DNA of 64,000 nucleotides from Acidimicrobiia bacterium (GTDB lineage Bacteria > Actinomycetota > Acidimicrobiia > Spongiisociales > ZC4RG35). Of the stretch, positions 21,677 to 31,879 are shown piece after piece. Both the position numbers and the translations under genes were made by a program. The stretch's first letter is position 1. The number at the start of each line of letters is the position of its first letter. Location of the stretch: NCBI GenBank assembly GCA_040878345.1, contig JBBDML010000009.1, positions 42,693-106,692 on the forward strand. Reading direction: 5' to 3'. The notes beneath the pieces were generated by a model. The model was not told the DNA's origin, did not search any database, and saw nothing but the letters and a program-made list of their open reading frames with translations.

Positions 21677-22669
21677 GTGCATCCCAGGCGACCCAAGGTG
21701 GCGATTGTCGGAACCAGATTCCGCGATTTCGATGTCGAACGCGGGGTGCTGGGTGATGTCGAGATCGTCTCGGGGTCAGGTCAGAACCCCGCCGAGATCC
21801 TCGAAGTGGCGAAAGGCGCCGATGTGATCCTCGCCGGCGCCGCCCCGGTGTTCGATTCCGGGACGCTCACGGCGCTCGATTGCCGGGCGATCGTCCGGCT
21901 CGGTGTCGGAGTGGATGGGGTGGACCTCGACACCGCTCGCTCCCTGGGAATGTGGGTGGTGAACGTCCCCGACTACGGGACCGACGCGGTGGCGCTGCAC
22001 ACGGTCACGCTGATCCTCGCCTCGCTCCGCCGATTGACCCAGGCCGACCGTCGACTCCGGGAGGGTTCCTGGGGGGTGGCCGACCTGCGTCCTTTGCATC
22101 TACCCGCCTCCCTCACCGTGGGTGTAGTGGGGCTGGGACGGATCGGGCGAAGGGTCGCCACGATGCTGAACGGCGTCGGGTTCGAGCGCTTCCTGGCTAC
22201 GGACCCAATGATCCAACCGACCGATCTGAATGAGGCCCTCGGGGACCTCGAGGTGCGGCTGGTAGATCTTCCCGAGTTGCTCGGCGGCGCCGACGTCGTC
22301 ACTCTGCACGCCCCCCCGGAATCTCACCGCCACCTTCTCGGGGCGGACCAGTTCGGGATGATGAGAGAGGGCTCGATTCTGGTCAATACCGCACGCGGTT
22401 CTCTCGTCGACACCGGTGCCCTCATGGCAGCTCTCGGCAAGGGCCGACCCGCCATGGCAGCCCTCGATGTCTTCGAGCACGAGCCGCCTGACATGACCGT
22501 GTTCGAGAGCGTCTCCGATCGGCTGATCATCACCCCACACATGTCCTGGTACACCGAGGAGAGCGAGCTGGCTCTCCGTCGTCAGGCGGCTGCGGAGGCC
22601 CGTCGGATCCTCGACTCACAACCGCCCCTCCACCCGGTGGTGACCCCTTCCCCGGCTGAAGTCGGGTGA
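21677..22669 (+). CDS. D-isomer-specific 2-hydroxyacid dehydrogenase (CtBP-like)
   Basis: VRLGVGVDGVD, NVPDY, GLGRIG, NTARG, DVFEHEP, TPHMSWY; start moved downstream of the operator. Confidence 0.85.
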   Translation: MHPRRPKVAIVGTRFRDFDVERGVLGDVEIVSGSGQNPAEILEVAKGADVILAGAAPVFDSGTLTALDCRAIVRLGVGVDGVDLDTARSLGMWVVNVPDYGTDAVALHTVTLILASLRRLTQADRRLREGSWGVADLRPLHLPASLTVGVVGLGRIGRRVATMLNGVGFERFLATDPMIQPTDLNEALGDLEVRLVDLPELLGGADVVTLHAPPESHRHLLGADQFGMMREGSILVNTARGSLVDTGALMAALGKGRPAMAALDVFEHEPPDMTVFESVSDRLIITPHMSWYTEESELALRRQAAAEARRILDSQPPLHPVVTPSPAEVG

Positions 22670-23430
22670 GCATGGCCAGGTCGATCCTCGACCTCACGTC
22701 GCCCGAGGTGGCCGAGCTGATGGGGCGCAGCGGCCTCGTGGTGATGCCGTTTGGAAGCGTCGAGCAGCATGGACCGCACCTTCCCTGCGGGACCGACACC
22801 ATGGCCGCCGACCTCGTCGCCGCCCAGGTGGCGCAGATCCTGGATGCCATCGTCGTCCCCGCCGGTCAATACGGAGTCACACCGATCCACGCCGGCCACC
22901 CCGGCACCATCTCGCTGCGGCGGGACGTGTTCGAGTCGTATCTCTCCAACCTCTGCGAGGAGATGGTCGCCATGGGGGCCCGGACGTTCGTCTTCGTCAA
23001 TTGGCACGAGGGCAACATCGCATCGTTGGACGCAGTGGCCACCGACCTCCAGACCAAGTGGGATGTGCTCGTGGTCACTGCCCACGCCTGTTACACGGCG
23101 CAGCGCATATACGCCCCCGCCGGTGGGGAGCTCACCCATGGCGGCGGGATCGAGACGCTCGCCGTCCTCGCCCATGACCCCGAGTTGGCACGGCTCGACA
23201 GGGCCCGGGAGCCCACTCGGCCGGAAGGAGCCGAGGAGCTCGATGCCATGCGGCGGTCCAGCGAGGTCTACGGCTACATAACCGATGTGACCGAGATCGC
23301 GGACGACGGCTGGTACGGCAACCCGGCTTGGGCTGACATGGAACGAGCCGGCGTGTTCGCCAAGACGGTGGCCGACGAGATCGCCGGCACCGTGGAGTCG
23401 ATATTGAAGATGAGGAGAGGTCGATCATGA
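22666..23430 (+). CDS. Creatininase family cyclic amide hydrolase
   Basis: GSVEQHGPHLPCGTD, NWHEGN, HGGGIET. Confidence 0.88.
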   Translation: MSMARSILDLTSPEVAELMGRSGLVVMPFGSVEQHGPHLPCGTDTMAADLVAAQVAQILDAIVVPAGQYGVTPIHAGHPGTISLRRDVFESYLSNLCEEMVAMGARTFVFVNWHEGNIASLDAVATDLQTKWDVLVVTAHACYTAQRIYAPAGGELTHGGGIETLAVLAHDPELARLDRAREPTRPEGAEELDAMRRSSEVYGYITDVTEIADDGWYGNPAWADMERAGVFAKTVADEIAGTVESILKMRRGRS

Positions 23431-23816
23431 CCGTTGTCGGCCCGAACGAGCTCCAGTTTCGCGACTTCCCGGGACGGGCGACATCCGACCCGTTCCGGGA
23501 CGCCGGGAAAGGGGCCTCCACCGTGCGACAGGTCGTGATCGAGCACGTCGCCTCCAGATCTCCCCACCTGCACCCACAGAGCGAGGAGATCGTCTACGTG
23601 GCCGCCGGGACCGGCCGGGTGTGGCTCGATGGCGTCTTCCACCCCGTCGGGCCCGGCTCGTGGTATCGAATCCCGGCGGAGACCCCACACGCCACCATGG
23701 CCGACCCGGGCCAGCGCATGTCACTCGTCTGCTTCTTCCCCCACGACGACTTCGCCAACAACATCGAGGAGCTCGACATGGTGATCGAAGCCGGGAAGGA
23801 GCACGGAGTTGACTGA
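23427..23816 (+). CDS. Cupin domain protein
   Basis: PHLHPQSEE and PAETPHA metal motifs. Confidence 0.85.
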   Translation: MTVVGPNELQFRDFPGRATSDPFRDAGKGASTVRQVVIEHVASRSPHLHPQSEEIVYVAAGTGRVWLDGVFHPVGPGSWYRIPAETPHATMADPGQRMSLVCFFPHDDFANNIEELDMVIEAGKEHGVD

Positions 23817-24864
23817 ACGCGTCAAGCTCGCATCGATCGGATTGGGCCGCTGGGCCAGGGTGCTGGCCCGAGGGGCGCAGCGAGGATCGGTCATAGAGCT
23901 GGCGAGTTGCTTCTCGCGTTCCCCCGACCGCCGCGCCGTCTTCCAGGCCGAGTTCAGCGTGCCCAGGGGCGCCTCGACACTCGACGAGCTCCTCTCCGAC
24001 CCCGAGATCGAGGGCGTCCTCGTCACCACACCCAACGACACCCACAAGACCGTCATCTTGGAATGCCTGGACGCCGGCAAGGCGGTGTACACCGACAAGC
24101 CGATAGCGCACACGATGGAGGATGCCGGGGAGATCGCCCGCGCCGCGGCCGCTTCGGGCAGACCCTTCGCCGTCGGTCACAGCGCCCGTCGTCTCGGCGG
24201 GCACAGGGCCATGAAGCAGTGGGTGGACACCGGCAAGATCGGCCAGGTCTCACTGGCCGAGGCCAACTTCTCCAATGAGCGCGGGCTCGAGCTGACCACC
24301 GACACCTGGCGCTGGTTCGCCGACAAGAGCCCGGGCGGGGCCATGATCCAACTCGGGGTGCACCACGCCGACAACCTGCAATACCTGCTGGGGCCGGTGG
24401 CCGCCGTCTCCAGCCACGCCCGCAAGCTCTACACCAAGGCCGAGGTGCCCGACGCGATCATGTCGATACTCGAGTTCGAATCCGGCCCCCTTGGGTACCT
24501 GGGCACCGGATGGGCCTCACCCGGGGTATATCAGCTACGCATCCAGGGGACCGAGGCGAACCTGTTCTACGACCTCGACTTCAACAACTGGGACGAGTCC
24601 CATCTGGTCGACTCGAAGAGCACACTGGTCAGCCAGGCCTATCGGGAGTCGACCCGGCCACCGGTTGACATGCCCCACACCGACATGTTCCGGGAGCAAC
24701 TCGACGAGTTTGCCCTCGCCATCAGGGGGGAGGCGAGAATCGAGGTGGGCGCCCTGGAGGCGATCCGCGCCCTGGCCGTCGTCCACGCCGCATTGGAGTC
24801 TTCCCGGCGGAATGGTGAGGCGGTTGCCGTGGCTCCGATGGTGGAGAGGACAGGAGCCATCTGA
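23809..24864 (+). CDS. Gfo/Idh/MocA family oxidoreductase
   Basis: IGLGRWA, VYTDKP, VGHSARR, GGAMIQLGVH. Confidence 0.88.
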   Translation: MTERVKLASIGLGRWARVLARGAQRGSVIELASCFSRSPDRRAVFQAEFSVPRGASTLDELLSDPEIEGVLVTTPNDTHKTVILECLDAGKAVYTDKPIAHTMEDAGEIARAAAASGRPFAVGHSARRLGGHRAMKQWVDTGKIGQVSLAEANFSNERGLELTTDTWRWFADKSPGGAMIQLGVHHADNLQYLLGPVAAVSSHARKLYTKAEVPDAIMSILEFESGPLGYLGTGWASPGVYQLRIQGTEANLFYDLDFNNWDESHLVDSKSTLVSQAYRESTRPPVDMPHTDMFREQLDEFALAIRGEARIEVGALEAIRALAVVHAALESSRRNGEAVAVAPMVERTGAI

Positions 24865-25967
24865 TGAGAGTCGATCCTGCAAAGACCCGCACCCTCGATC
24901 ATCCGGATCCAGAGGTCCAGGAGGTCCTCGACATCTGGGCGGCGCGATTCCTCCACGGCCAAATCGCACTCGGCGACCTGACAGCGACCGTGGGCAGGAT
25001 CAACGTCTGGTCGGACTGGGGGCCGGAGTGGATGATCACCGCCCAGGCCCACGAGGCGATGGGCGAGCAGGCATGGGAGGAGGGTCGTCGCATCTCGGCG
25101 GTCGACTCCTTCCTGGCTGCGGCTCGCTGCTACCACCTGTCCTACTTCCTCTCCGTCGACGACGAGGAGGCCCATGCCCATGGTCTGGCCAAGATGGTGG
25201 AGTGCCACGACCGGGTTCTCCCCCTCATGGCGCCCCCGGTGGAGAAGATCACCATCCCCTTCCCGGAAGCCGACCTGACCGCTCTGCTTAGTGTTCCTGC
25301 CGGTGTCGGCCCTCATCCGGTGGTGATGTTCCTCCCCGGTCTCGACTCGACCAAGGAACAGCGACATGGGGGGCGGGGGTCGCTGCTGCGCCGCGGTCTG
25401 GCGGTGCTCAGCCTCGACGGGCCCGGCCAGGGCGAGATCAGCGCCAAGCTCCCGATTCGCCACGACTACGAGGTCGCGATCTCCGCCGTCATCGACGCAC
25501 TGAAAGGCGACGATCGCATCGACACCGACCGGGTTGGCCTGATCGGCGCCAGCCTCGGTGGCTATTACGCGTGCCGGGCGGCAGCCTTCGAGCCCCGGGT
25601 GACCGCGGCGGTGGCCAACTGCGGCCCCTACGACTGGATCGCCTGTTGGGACGAGCTGCCGAAAGTGACCCGTGGCGCCTTCCGCAAGTACTCGTGGTCT
25701 TCGTCGGACGAGGAGGCGAAGGAGAAGGCTCGGGCCCTCGACCTCACCGGTGTGGCGGAGAAGATCACCCAGCCACTCGTGGTGGTCCACGGGATGCTCG
25801 ACCCGCTCATAGGTGTCGAGCACGCCCGGCGCATCGCAGACGAAGCCCCGAACGCCATCCTGATCACCGTTGACGACGCCACCCACGGCGTCAGCAACCT
25901 TGCCTACAAGTTCGCTCCGTGGGTGGACGACTGGATGGCGGAGAGGCTGGGCGGAAAGGTCGTATGA
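24864..25967 (+). CDS. Alpha/beta hydrolase, 2,6-dihydroxypseudooxynicotine hydrolase-like
   Basis: GPHPVV-PGLDSTKE, DGPGQGE, GASLGGYY, AAFEPR, HGMLD; matches the DHPON hydrolase pattern as I recall it. Confidence 0.8.
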   Translation: MRVDPAKTRTLDHPDPEVQEVLDIWAARFLHGQIALGDLTATVGRINVWSDWGPEWMITAQAHEAMGEQAWEEGRRISAVDSFLAAARCYHLSYFLSVDDEEAHAHGLAKMVECHDRVLPLMAPPVEKITIPFPEADLTALLSVPAGVGPHPVVMFLPGLDSTKEQRHGGRGSLLRRGLAVLSLDGPGQGEISAKLPIRHDYEVAISAVIDALKGDDRIDTDRVGLIGASLGGYYACRAAAFEPRVTAAVANCGPYDWIACWDELPKVTRGAFRKYSWSSSDEEAKEKARALDLTGVAEKITQPLVVVHGMLDPLIGVEHARRIADEAPNAILITVDDATHGVSNLAYKFAPWVDDWMAERLGGKVV

Positions 25968-27745
25968 CCTCCCCGGGAGACAAGCACACCTTCACCGTCA
26001 CGGCCGACGGCATGTGCATCGATTACCAGGTGCCCATGACCATGACCGACGGCGCGGTGCTCCGAGCCGACGTATTCCGCCCCTGTGAGGACGGCCGGTA
26101 CCCGGTGATCCTCTCCCACGGTGTCTACGCCAAGGGGCTTGCATTCAACGGCCCGATCTACCGGATGCAGTGGGACAAGCTGGTGGCCAAGGACCCATCG
26201 GTGCTCGAGGGCTCCACCAGCAGGTATCAGGCCTGGGAGGTCACCGACCCGGAGCGCTGGGTTCCCGATGGTTATGTCGTGGTTCGTGTCGACTCACGCG
26301 GGGCGGGTTGGTCACCCGGTGTCCTCTGGCCCCGGAACCCCCTGGAGTACGACGACATAGCCGAGTCGGTGGAATGGGCGGCCGCACAATCCTGGGGTGA
26401 CGGCAAGGTCGGCATCATGGGCATCTCCTATTACGCGGTGATGGCGTGGGCGGCCGCCGACCGTCAGCCGGAGCACCTCGCCGCCATCATCGCCTGGGAG
26501 GGCTTCAACGACCCCTACCGGGACGCCTACTACCACGGGGGCATCCTCAGCGAGTTCACCCGACGCTGGCAGGAGCGCCAGATAGACCCGATCCAGTACG
26601 GCCGGGGATCACGCGCCCCGTTCAATCCCAATACCGGGCAGTCGGTGGCGGGGCCCGTCGACCTGGCCGACGAGGAGCTCGCGGCCAACAGGGTCGACTC
26701 CTTCCCCGACATCAAGGCTCATCCCATCTACGACGACTGGCACCGGGCCCGTGGCATCGACCTGGGGCGGGTGAAGGTCCCCCTCCTCACCGCGGCCAAC
26801 TGGGGCGGCCAGGGGATTCATCCCAGGGGGAACTTCAACGGGTTCGTCGAAGCGTCCTCGGAGAACAAATGGCTCGAGGCACATGGCGACACCCACTGGA
26901 CCCACTTCTATTCGGCATACGGGCGCGACCTGCAGAAGCGCTTCTTCGACCACATGCTCAAGGGCTTGGACAACGGCTTCGACCGCACACCACGCGTCCA
27001 ACTCAACATCCGTCACCCTGGCGAGAAGTTCGAGTGGCGCGGCGAGGACGAATGGCCCCTGGCCCGCACGGAATGGACGACGCTCAATCTGCATGCGGAC
27101 CTGTCGTTGTCCCCCGAGCCGGCCCGGGGCGAGGCGTCGATCCAGTATGAGGCGATGGGGGAAGGGCTCCATTTCTCCACCTCTCCCTTCACTGAGGAAA
27201 CCGAGATCACCGGGCCTCTCGCCGCCAAGCTCTTCATCTCGTCGACGACGGCGGACGCCGACCTCTTCCTGATCCTCCAGCTGTTCGACCCAGGTGGCAA
27301 CGAGGTGACATTCGAGGGCTCAACCGATCCCAACACCCCGATCGCCAATGGGTGGCTGCGGGCCTCGCATGGCGCCCTCGAACCGGATCGGTGCCTTCCC
27401 TGGCGGCCGTTTCACCCCCACGACCGGGCCCAGCCGCTGGAGCCGGGGGCCGTATACGAGCTCGACATCGAGATCATCCCGACCTGCATCGTCGTGCCAT
27501 CCGGATACTGGCTCGAGCTTTGGATCAGGGGCCGCGACTACGAGTACCGCGGCCCGCTCGACGACTACGGTCAGACCTTCTACTACGCCACACGCGGCAC
27601 CGGTGGAATGACCCACGCCGACCCTGACGATCGTCCGGAAGACGTGTTCGGTGGCAAGGTGACCGTCCACATCGGTCCGGACCATCCTTCCGGTTTGCTG
27701 ATACCCGTGATACCCCCCAAGACGACCGAGGAGATGACGAGTTGA
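25964..27745 (+). CDS. CocE/NonD family hydrolase (paralog of 12420-14180)
   Basis: LRADVFRP, WEVTDPERWVPDGY, GISYY, NWGGQGIHPRGN, HWTHFY. Confidence 0.9.
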   Translation: MTSPGDKHTFTVTADGMCIDYQVPMTMTDGAVLRADVFRPCEDGRYPVILSHGVYAKGLAFNGPIYRMQWDKLVAKDPSVLEGSTSRYQAWEVTDPERWVPDGYVVVRVDSRGAGWSPGVLWPRNPLEYDDIAESVEWAAAQSWGDGKVGIMGISYYAVMAWAAADRQPEHLAAIIAWEGFNDPYRDAYYHGGILSEFTRRWQERQIDPIQYGRGSRAPFNPNTGQSVAGPVDLADEELAANRVDSFPDIKAHPIYDDWHRARGIDLGRVKVPLLTAANWGGQGIHPRGNFNGFVEASSENKWLEAHGDTHWTHFYSAYGRDLQKRFFDHMLKGLDNGFDRTPRVQLNIRHPGEKFEWRGEDEWPLARTEWTTLNLHADLSLSPEPARGEASIQYEAMGEGLHFSTSPFTEETEITGPLAAKLFISSTTADADLFLILQLFDPGGNEVTFEGSTDPNTPIANGWLRASHGALEPDRCLPWRPFHPHDRAQPLEPGAVYELDIEIIPTCIVVPSGYWLELWIRGRDYEYRGPLDDYGQTFYYATRGTGGMTHADPDDRPEDVFGGKVTVHIGPDHPSGLLIPVIPPKTTEEMTS

Positions 27746-29322
27746 CGACGACCACAGACTTCGTGATTGCCGGGGGCGGGCACAACAGCCTGATCACTGC
27801 GGCCTATCTCGCCATGGCGGGTTATGAGGTGGTGGTGCTCGACGCCCGAGCCGAGGCGGGTGGCGGGGCGGCAACCGAGGAGATCCTGCTGCCCGGCTTC
27901 GGGTTCGACACCTGCTCGACGGGGCACACCATGATCCAGGTGAACCCCCTGCTCGCCCGGGACGAGTTGGGGCTGATCTCGGAGCACGGTCTTCAGTACG
28001 TCCATCCCGACCCGGTGGCACACGTCGTGTTCCCTGACGGCGAGCACTTCACGATGTGGCTCGACCTCGACAAGACTCTCGCCGAGATCGCCAGGTTCTC
28101 GAAGAGCGACGCCGACTCCTATCGACGCATGCTCGACGAGTTCGATGAGGTCAGGGCGGAATACGGTGCGTACCGGTTCACGCCCATCGGATACGGGCCC
28201 TCACTCGACGAGCGTCTCGCCGGCCACCCCAGGGGTCGGGTGTGGATGCGGCGCAACGTGATGTCGGCATGGGAGGTCATCAGACACGAGTTCGAGAGCC
28301 GTCACTTCAGGGCCTTCATGGCGTGGATGGCATTCCAGACGGCACAGCCTCTCGACTCCCCGGGGTCGGGATATCTGGCTTACTCCTTGGTCGGCAGCCG
28401 GCAACGCCGGAGTTGGTCGATCCCACTCGAGGGCTCGGCGAGCCTCCCGCGGGCGGTCGTGGCCGCCATCGAGAAGAGGGGCGGGTCGGTCGTCACCGAC
28501 ACCTTCGTCGAGTCACTCGTCATCGAGGACGGTCGATGTGTGGGGGTGGAGACTCGAGGCGGGGACCAATACCGGGCGAGACTCGGTGTGGTCTCCTCGA
28601 TCCATGTAAAGACCCTGGTCGGGATGGCGCCCTCAGAGCTCTGGGGCGATGACTTCCTCTATGGAGTCGACACCTACGACGAAGGTCTTTCCTCGTTCGC
28701 CTCCTATTACGCGACGACTGAGGCGCCACGCTTCGAGGTCGATGAGGGAGAGCTCGAGGTGGTCTCGGCAGGGCCGGCCCCATGGGCCGAGGACGTCATC
28801 GAGTTCGGCAGGGGGCTGCGCCAGGGTCGTCTCCACCGGCCGGGGACGTTCCTGTTGTTCGCCACACCCACGATCGTCGATCCCTCGCGTGCTCCTGAGG
28901 GGCATCACACCGTGAAGATCCTGAGTCTGGCCCCGTACGAGGCCCCGGAGGATCTCGGGGACTGGGAGATGGGCAAGGACCTGCTCGCAGACGAGCATCT
29001 GAAGATGCTCCAGACGTGCGCCCCGAACCTGACCGACGACAAGATCCTGGCCCGCAAGGCCAAGAGCCCCGTCGACATCGAGGCCTCCAACCCGCACATG
29101 TGGCGGGGGACGATCCACGGGGGGGACCGGGGTCTGGCGTATGGGGGCGCCCAGCGCCCGGCACCCGGGTGGGCACAACATCGGATGCCTATCCCCGGCC
29201 TCTATCAGACCGGGGCGACCACCCATCCCGGCGGCTCGATCACCGGCGGGCCGGGGAGGAATGCGGCCACCGTGATCCTCGACGACCTCGGGACCAGCAT
29301 CGAGGAGGTCGTCTCCCGTTAG
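27742..29322 (+). CDS. Phytoene desaturase-like FAD-dependent oxidoreductase
   Basis: GGGHNSL FAD motif, SPVDIE, PIPGLYQTGATTHPGG. Confidence 0.85.
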   Translation: MTTTTDFVIAGGGHNSLITAAYLAMAGYEVVVLDARAEAGGGAATEEILLPGFGFDTCSTGHTMIQVNPLLARDELGLISEHGLQYVHPDPVAHVVFPDGEHFTMWLDLDKTLAEIARFSKSDADSYRRMLDEFDEVRAEYGAYRFTPIGYGPSLDERLAGHPRGRVWMRRNVMSAWEVIRHEFESRHFRAFMAWMAFQTAQPLDSPGSGYLAYSLVGSRQRRSWSIPLEGSASLPRAVVAAIEKRGGSVVTDTFVESLVIEDGRCVGVETRGGDQYRARLGVVSSIHVKTLVGMAPSELWGDDFLYGVDTYDEGLSSFASYYATTEAPRFEVDEGELEVVSAGPAPWAEDVIEFGRGLRQGRLHRPGTFLLFATPTIVDPSRAPEGHHTVKILSLAPYEAPEDLGDWEMGKDLLADEHLKMLQTCAPNLTDDKILARKAKSPVDIEASNPHMWRGTIHGGDRGLAYGGAQRPAPGWAQHRMPIPGLYQTGATTHPGGSITGGPGRNAATVILDDLGTSIEEVVSR

Positions 29323-29329
29323 CTCGGCA

Positions 29330-29350
29330 CAATCGATTTCGCATTAGGGT
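29330..29350. promoter_or_regulatory. Degenerate operator CAATCGATTT plus TAGGGT -10-like box
   Basis: Intergenic, upstream of hydrolase 29418. Confidence 0.4.
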
Positions 29351-29417
29351 TGCCCGACGATCGTTGCTTTGCAGCGAGGTCGTGCAAACCGAGAAACAAC
29401 GCGATGAGGAGGTTGCC

Positions 29418-30551
29418 TTGACTCTCGAACTCGCCTTCGCCCCGAACGAGGATCCCTTTGTCGTCGTCCACGGTGGCTTCTATCGGCGCTGGTTCTCGAT
29501 GATCGAGGACATCCCCGAGCTCGAGAGGGCGGTCGCCCGTCTCGAAGGAACCACACAGGACAAGTGGGTGCCGGTTTGGGAGGAGTTGGGGCGGCGTCAC
29601 GAGGACGAGGGCGATCGGTTGGAGGAGGCCGGGGACTTGGAGGCATCGAGGAGGGCCTACCTCCAGGCGAAGACCTACTACGCCATCGGCCGCTTCCCCG
29701 GCGAGGTGTCGGACGTCAAGGCGCGCATCAGCGAAGACTGCGCCCGCGCCTACCGCAAGGCGTGCGCCCACCTCGATCCCCCGATGGAGGTCGTCGAGTT
29801 TGAGCATCACGGCGAGACGATCAGGGCGCACTTCCGCGCCCCCCGTGCCGATTCACCGGTGCCGGGGGTCCTCATCATGTGTGGCGCCGATGTCTTCAAG
29901 GAGGATCGGGGGTGGGCCCAGGACATGTGCCTCGAGAACGGCATGGCCGCCCTGGTCATGGATGGCCCCGGGACGGGGGAGAACCCATTTCCCTGGGCCC
30001 CCGAGTCGGTGAGCGCCTGGGAGGCCGCCGTTGACTATCTCGCCGGTCGGCCCGAGGTGGATGGCGGGCGCATCGGGGCGTTCGGCATCAGCCGGGGCGG
30101 TTATTCGGTGATGCAGCTCGCCGGGACCGCGCCCTCGAAGCTGCAGGCGGTGGTCGCCAACGCCGGTCACCCCTTCGGGTACGTCATGGGCGACGACGAG
30201 ATCGAGGAGTTCGTCCGGGTCCGCAACGAGCGGGCCCAATGGCGATTTGGCGCACCCGACGACCCTCCGTCGTTCCCGGCGACATCGGTGGAGGAAGAGC
30301 GGGCCGAGTTCTCCCGATGGGCCCTCTCCGAACAGGGGATCCTCGACAACATCACCATGCCGGTGCTGATGATCAACGGCAAGCGCGACCACCTGGCACC
30401 GATCGGCAACATCTATTTCATGCTCGAGACCGGCCCGGCCACCGGGAAGGAGGCCCGGATCTACGCCGACGACGGCCACTGTGCCTTCAAGCACTTCAAC
30501 CACTGGGCCCCATCGACCTTTCGCTGGCTGGCCGAGAAGCTGGGGAGATAG
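29418..30551 (+). CDS. Alpha/beta hydrolase (FrsA/DHPON-hydrolase-like)
   Basis: DVFKE, DGPGTGE, GISRGG, NGKRD, DGHC; GAGGAGG RBS before TTG. Confidence 0.8.
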   Translation: MTLELAFAPNEDPFVVVHGGFYRRWFSMIEDIPELERAVARLEGTTQDKWVPVWEELGRRHEDEGDRLEEAGDLEASRRAYLQAKTYYAIGRFPGEVSDVKARISEDCARAYRKACAHLDPPMEVVEFEHHGETIRAHFRAPRADSPVPGVLIMCGADVFKEDRGWAQDMCLENGMAALVMDGPGTGENPFPWAPESVSAWEAAVDYLAGRPEVDGGRIGAFGISRGGYSVMQLAGTAPSKLQAVVANAGHPFGYVMGDDEIEEFVRVRNERAQWRFGAPDDPPSFPATSVEEERAEFSRWALSEQGILDNITMPVLMINGKRDHLAPIGNIYFMLETGPATGKEARIYADDGHCAFKHFNHWAPSTFRWLAEKLGR

Positions 30552-30554
30552 GCC

Positions 30555-30572
30555 CCGGGCGCGGCGGCCCGG
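30555..30572. terminator. Short GC hairpin between convergent genes
   Basis: CCGGGC-GCGGCG-GCCCGG. Confidence 0.3.
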
Positions 30573-30575
30573 CGT

Positions 30576-31850
30576 TCAGATCACGATCAACTGGTGGGGG
30601 AACCTCGTCACCTGCTCGTGCCCCCCATCCGTGATGACATAGGTGCGGCCGAAGAATATCCCGAGCAGGCCGTCAGGGGTGATGATGGTCGGCTCCAGCA
30701 TCGCCACGATCCCGGGGACGAGGTCGAGCTCGTCGTCGTTGGCGTCCACGTGGTCCCACATCACATGAGGGGTGTGACTCACGAAGTCGATGCAGTGGAG
30801 AAACAGCGGTCGCGAGTCGTATCCCTTCTCGCGGAAGAACTCACTCGCCCTCATCACGTCGTCCCACGTGTTACCGCCGACCAGCTTCCCGGCCATCAGG
30901 TCGTAGCCCGGCAAGACGACCTCCTCGAAGAACTGGCGTATCCACCCCGGCGGCTCCCCGATGCAGATCGGCGTGCCCAGCTGAACCGAGTAGCCGTTGT
31001 AGCCACAGGCCAGCTCGTTGATGATGATGTCCCCGTTCTGCAGGGGCCGGCTCGAGGGCCAGGGGTTGCCGAAAACCATCGCGGGTTTGTCCATGGGCGT
31101 GGACCCGATGATGGTGAAGTCCATCTGCCCCCCGCCATCCAACACGGCGTGGGTGGCTGCGGCCGCCAACTGATACTCGGTGACCCCCGGCCGCGCCGCC
31201 GCGATCATGGCGTGGAATGCCTGGTCCATGAGTTGGCCGGCTCTCCGGACACACTCGATCTCCTCGGCGCTCTTCACGTGGACCAGGTCGTGGAAGAAGT
31301 CGCCGACCCGCTCCAGAGACGCCTCCGGAAGCCCATCGCGCAACCGCTCCCACTCGTCGACCGGGAGGTGGTGCCCGTAGACAGGGTCTACGTGTGACAC
31401 CCCGATCGTGCCGTCGGCGAGGCCCCACTCCCTGATGAGCTCGACGATGACCTCCCCGGAGCGGCCCCATCGCGAGTGACGGACGTCCCCGAGCGGGGTG
31501 GCACGGCGCACCGCCTCGCGATGGGCCCCACCGGGCCCACAGATCAAGACCGGCTCGCCTTCGGGTGGCACCACGACGTATGCCGACATCCCGTGCCACT
31601 CCCAGTGGTTGCTCAGCCAGCGCATGCCGCCGCCCCAGCTCCAGTGGTTGGGCCCACCGGCGGCGATCAGCACGTCGAGGCCGAGCCGTCTCATCTTCTC
31701 CTGGGTGGCCGAGAAGCGTCTCTGGTACTCGGCGTCCGAGAACCTCTCGTAGACGGCATCGCCGTACCAGGGGCTGTTGGCGATGCGACCGAAGACCTCG
31801 GTGTGGAGCTTTCCGGCGGCGTCGGCAAAGTCGATGTCACCCGGTGTCAT
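30576..31850 (-). CDS. M24-fold (creatinase/Xaa-Pro peptidase-like) hydrolase lacking canonical metal ligands
   Basis: FSDAEYQRR N-domain, VKSAEEIE, PGVTE; ligand positions read E/Q/H/E/G. Confidence 0.8.
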   Translation of the reverse strand: MTPGDIDFADAAGKLHTEVFGRIANSPWYGDAVYERFSDAEYQRRFSATQEKMRRLGLDVLIAAGGPNHWSWGGGMRWLSNHWEWHGMSAYVVVPPEGEPVLICGPGGAHREAVRRATPLGDVRHSRWGRSGEVIVELIREWGLADGTIGVSHVDPVYGHHLPVDEWERLRDGLPEASLERVGDFFHDLVHVKSAEEIECVRRAGQLMDQAFHAMIAAARPGVTEYQLAAAATHAVLDGGGQMDFTIIGSTPMDKPAMVFGNPWPSSRPLQNGDIIINELACGYNGYSVQLGTPICIGEPPGWIRQFFEEVVLPGYDLMAGKLVGGNTWDDVMRASEFFREKGYDSRPLFLHCIDFVSHTPHVMWDHVDANDDELDLVPGIVAMLEPTIITPDGLLGIFFGRTYVITDGGHEQVTRFPHQLIVI

Positions 31851-31879
31851 GAGCTCCTCTTTTGGTGTCGTTCCATTGA

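Noticed and set aside
24864-25967. Assigning the island to nicotine degradation
   Set aside because: Only the hydrolase and a Mo subunit resemble it; no hydroxynicotine oxidase or dihydroxypyridine hydroxylase is recognisable
27742-29322. Carotenoid biosynthesis (crtI/crtO)
   Set aside because: No crtB/crtE nearby; the context is catabolic
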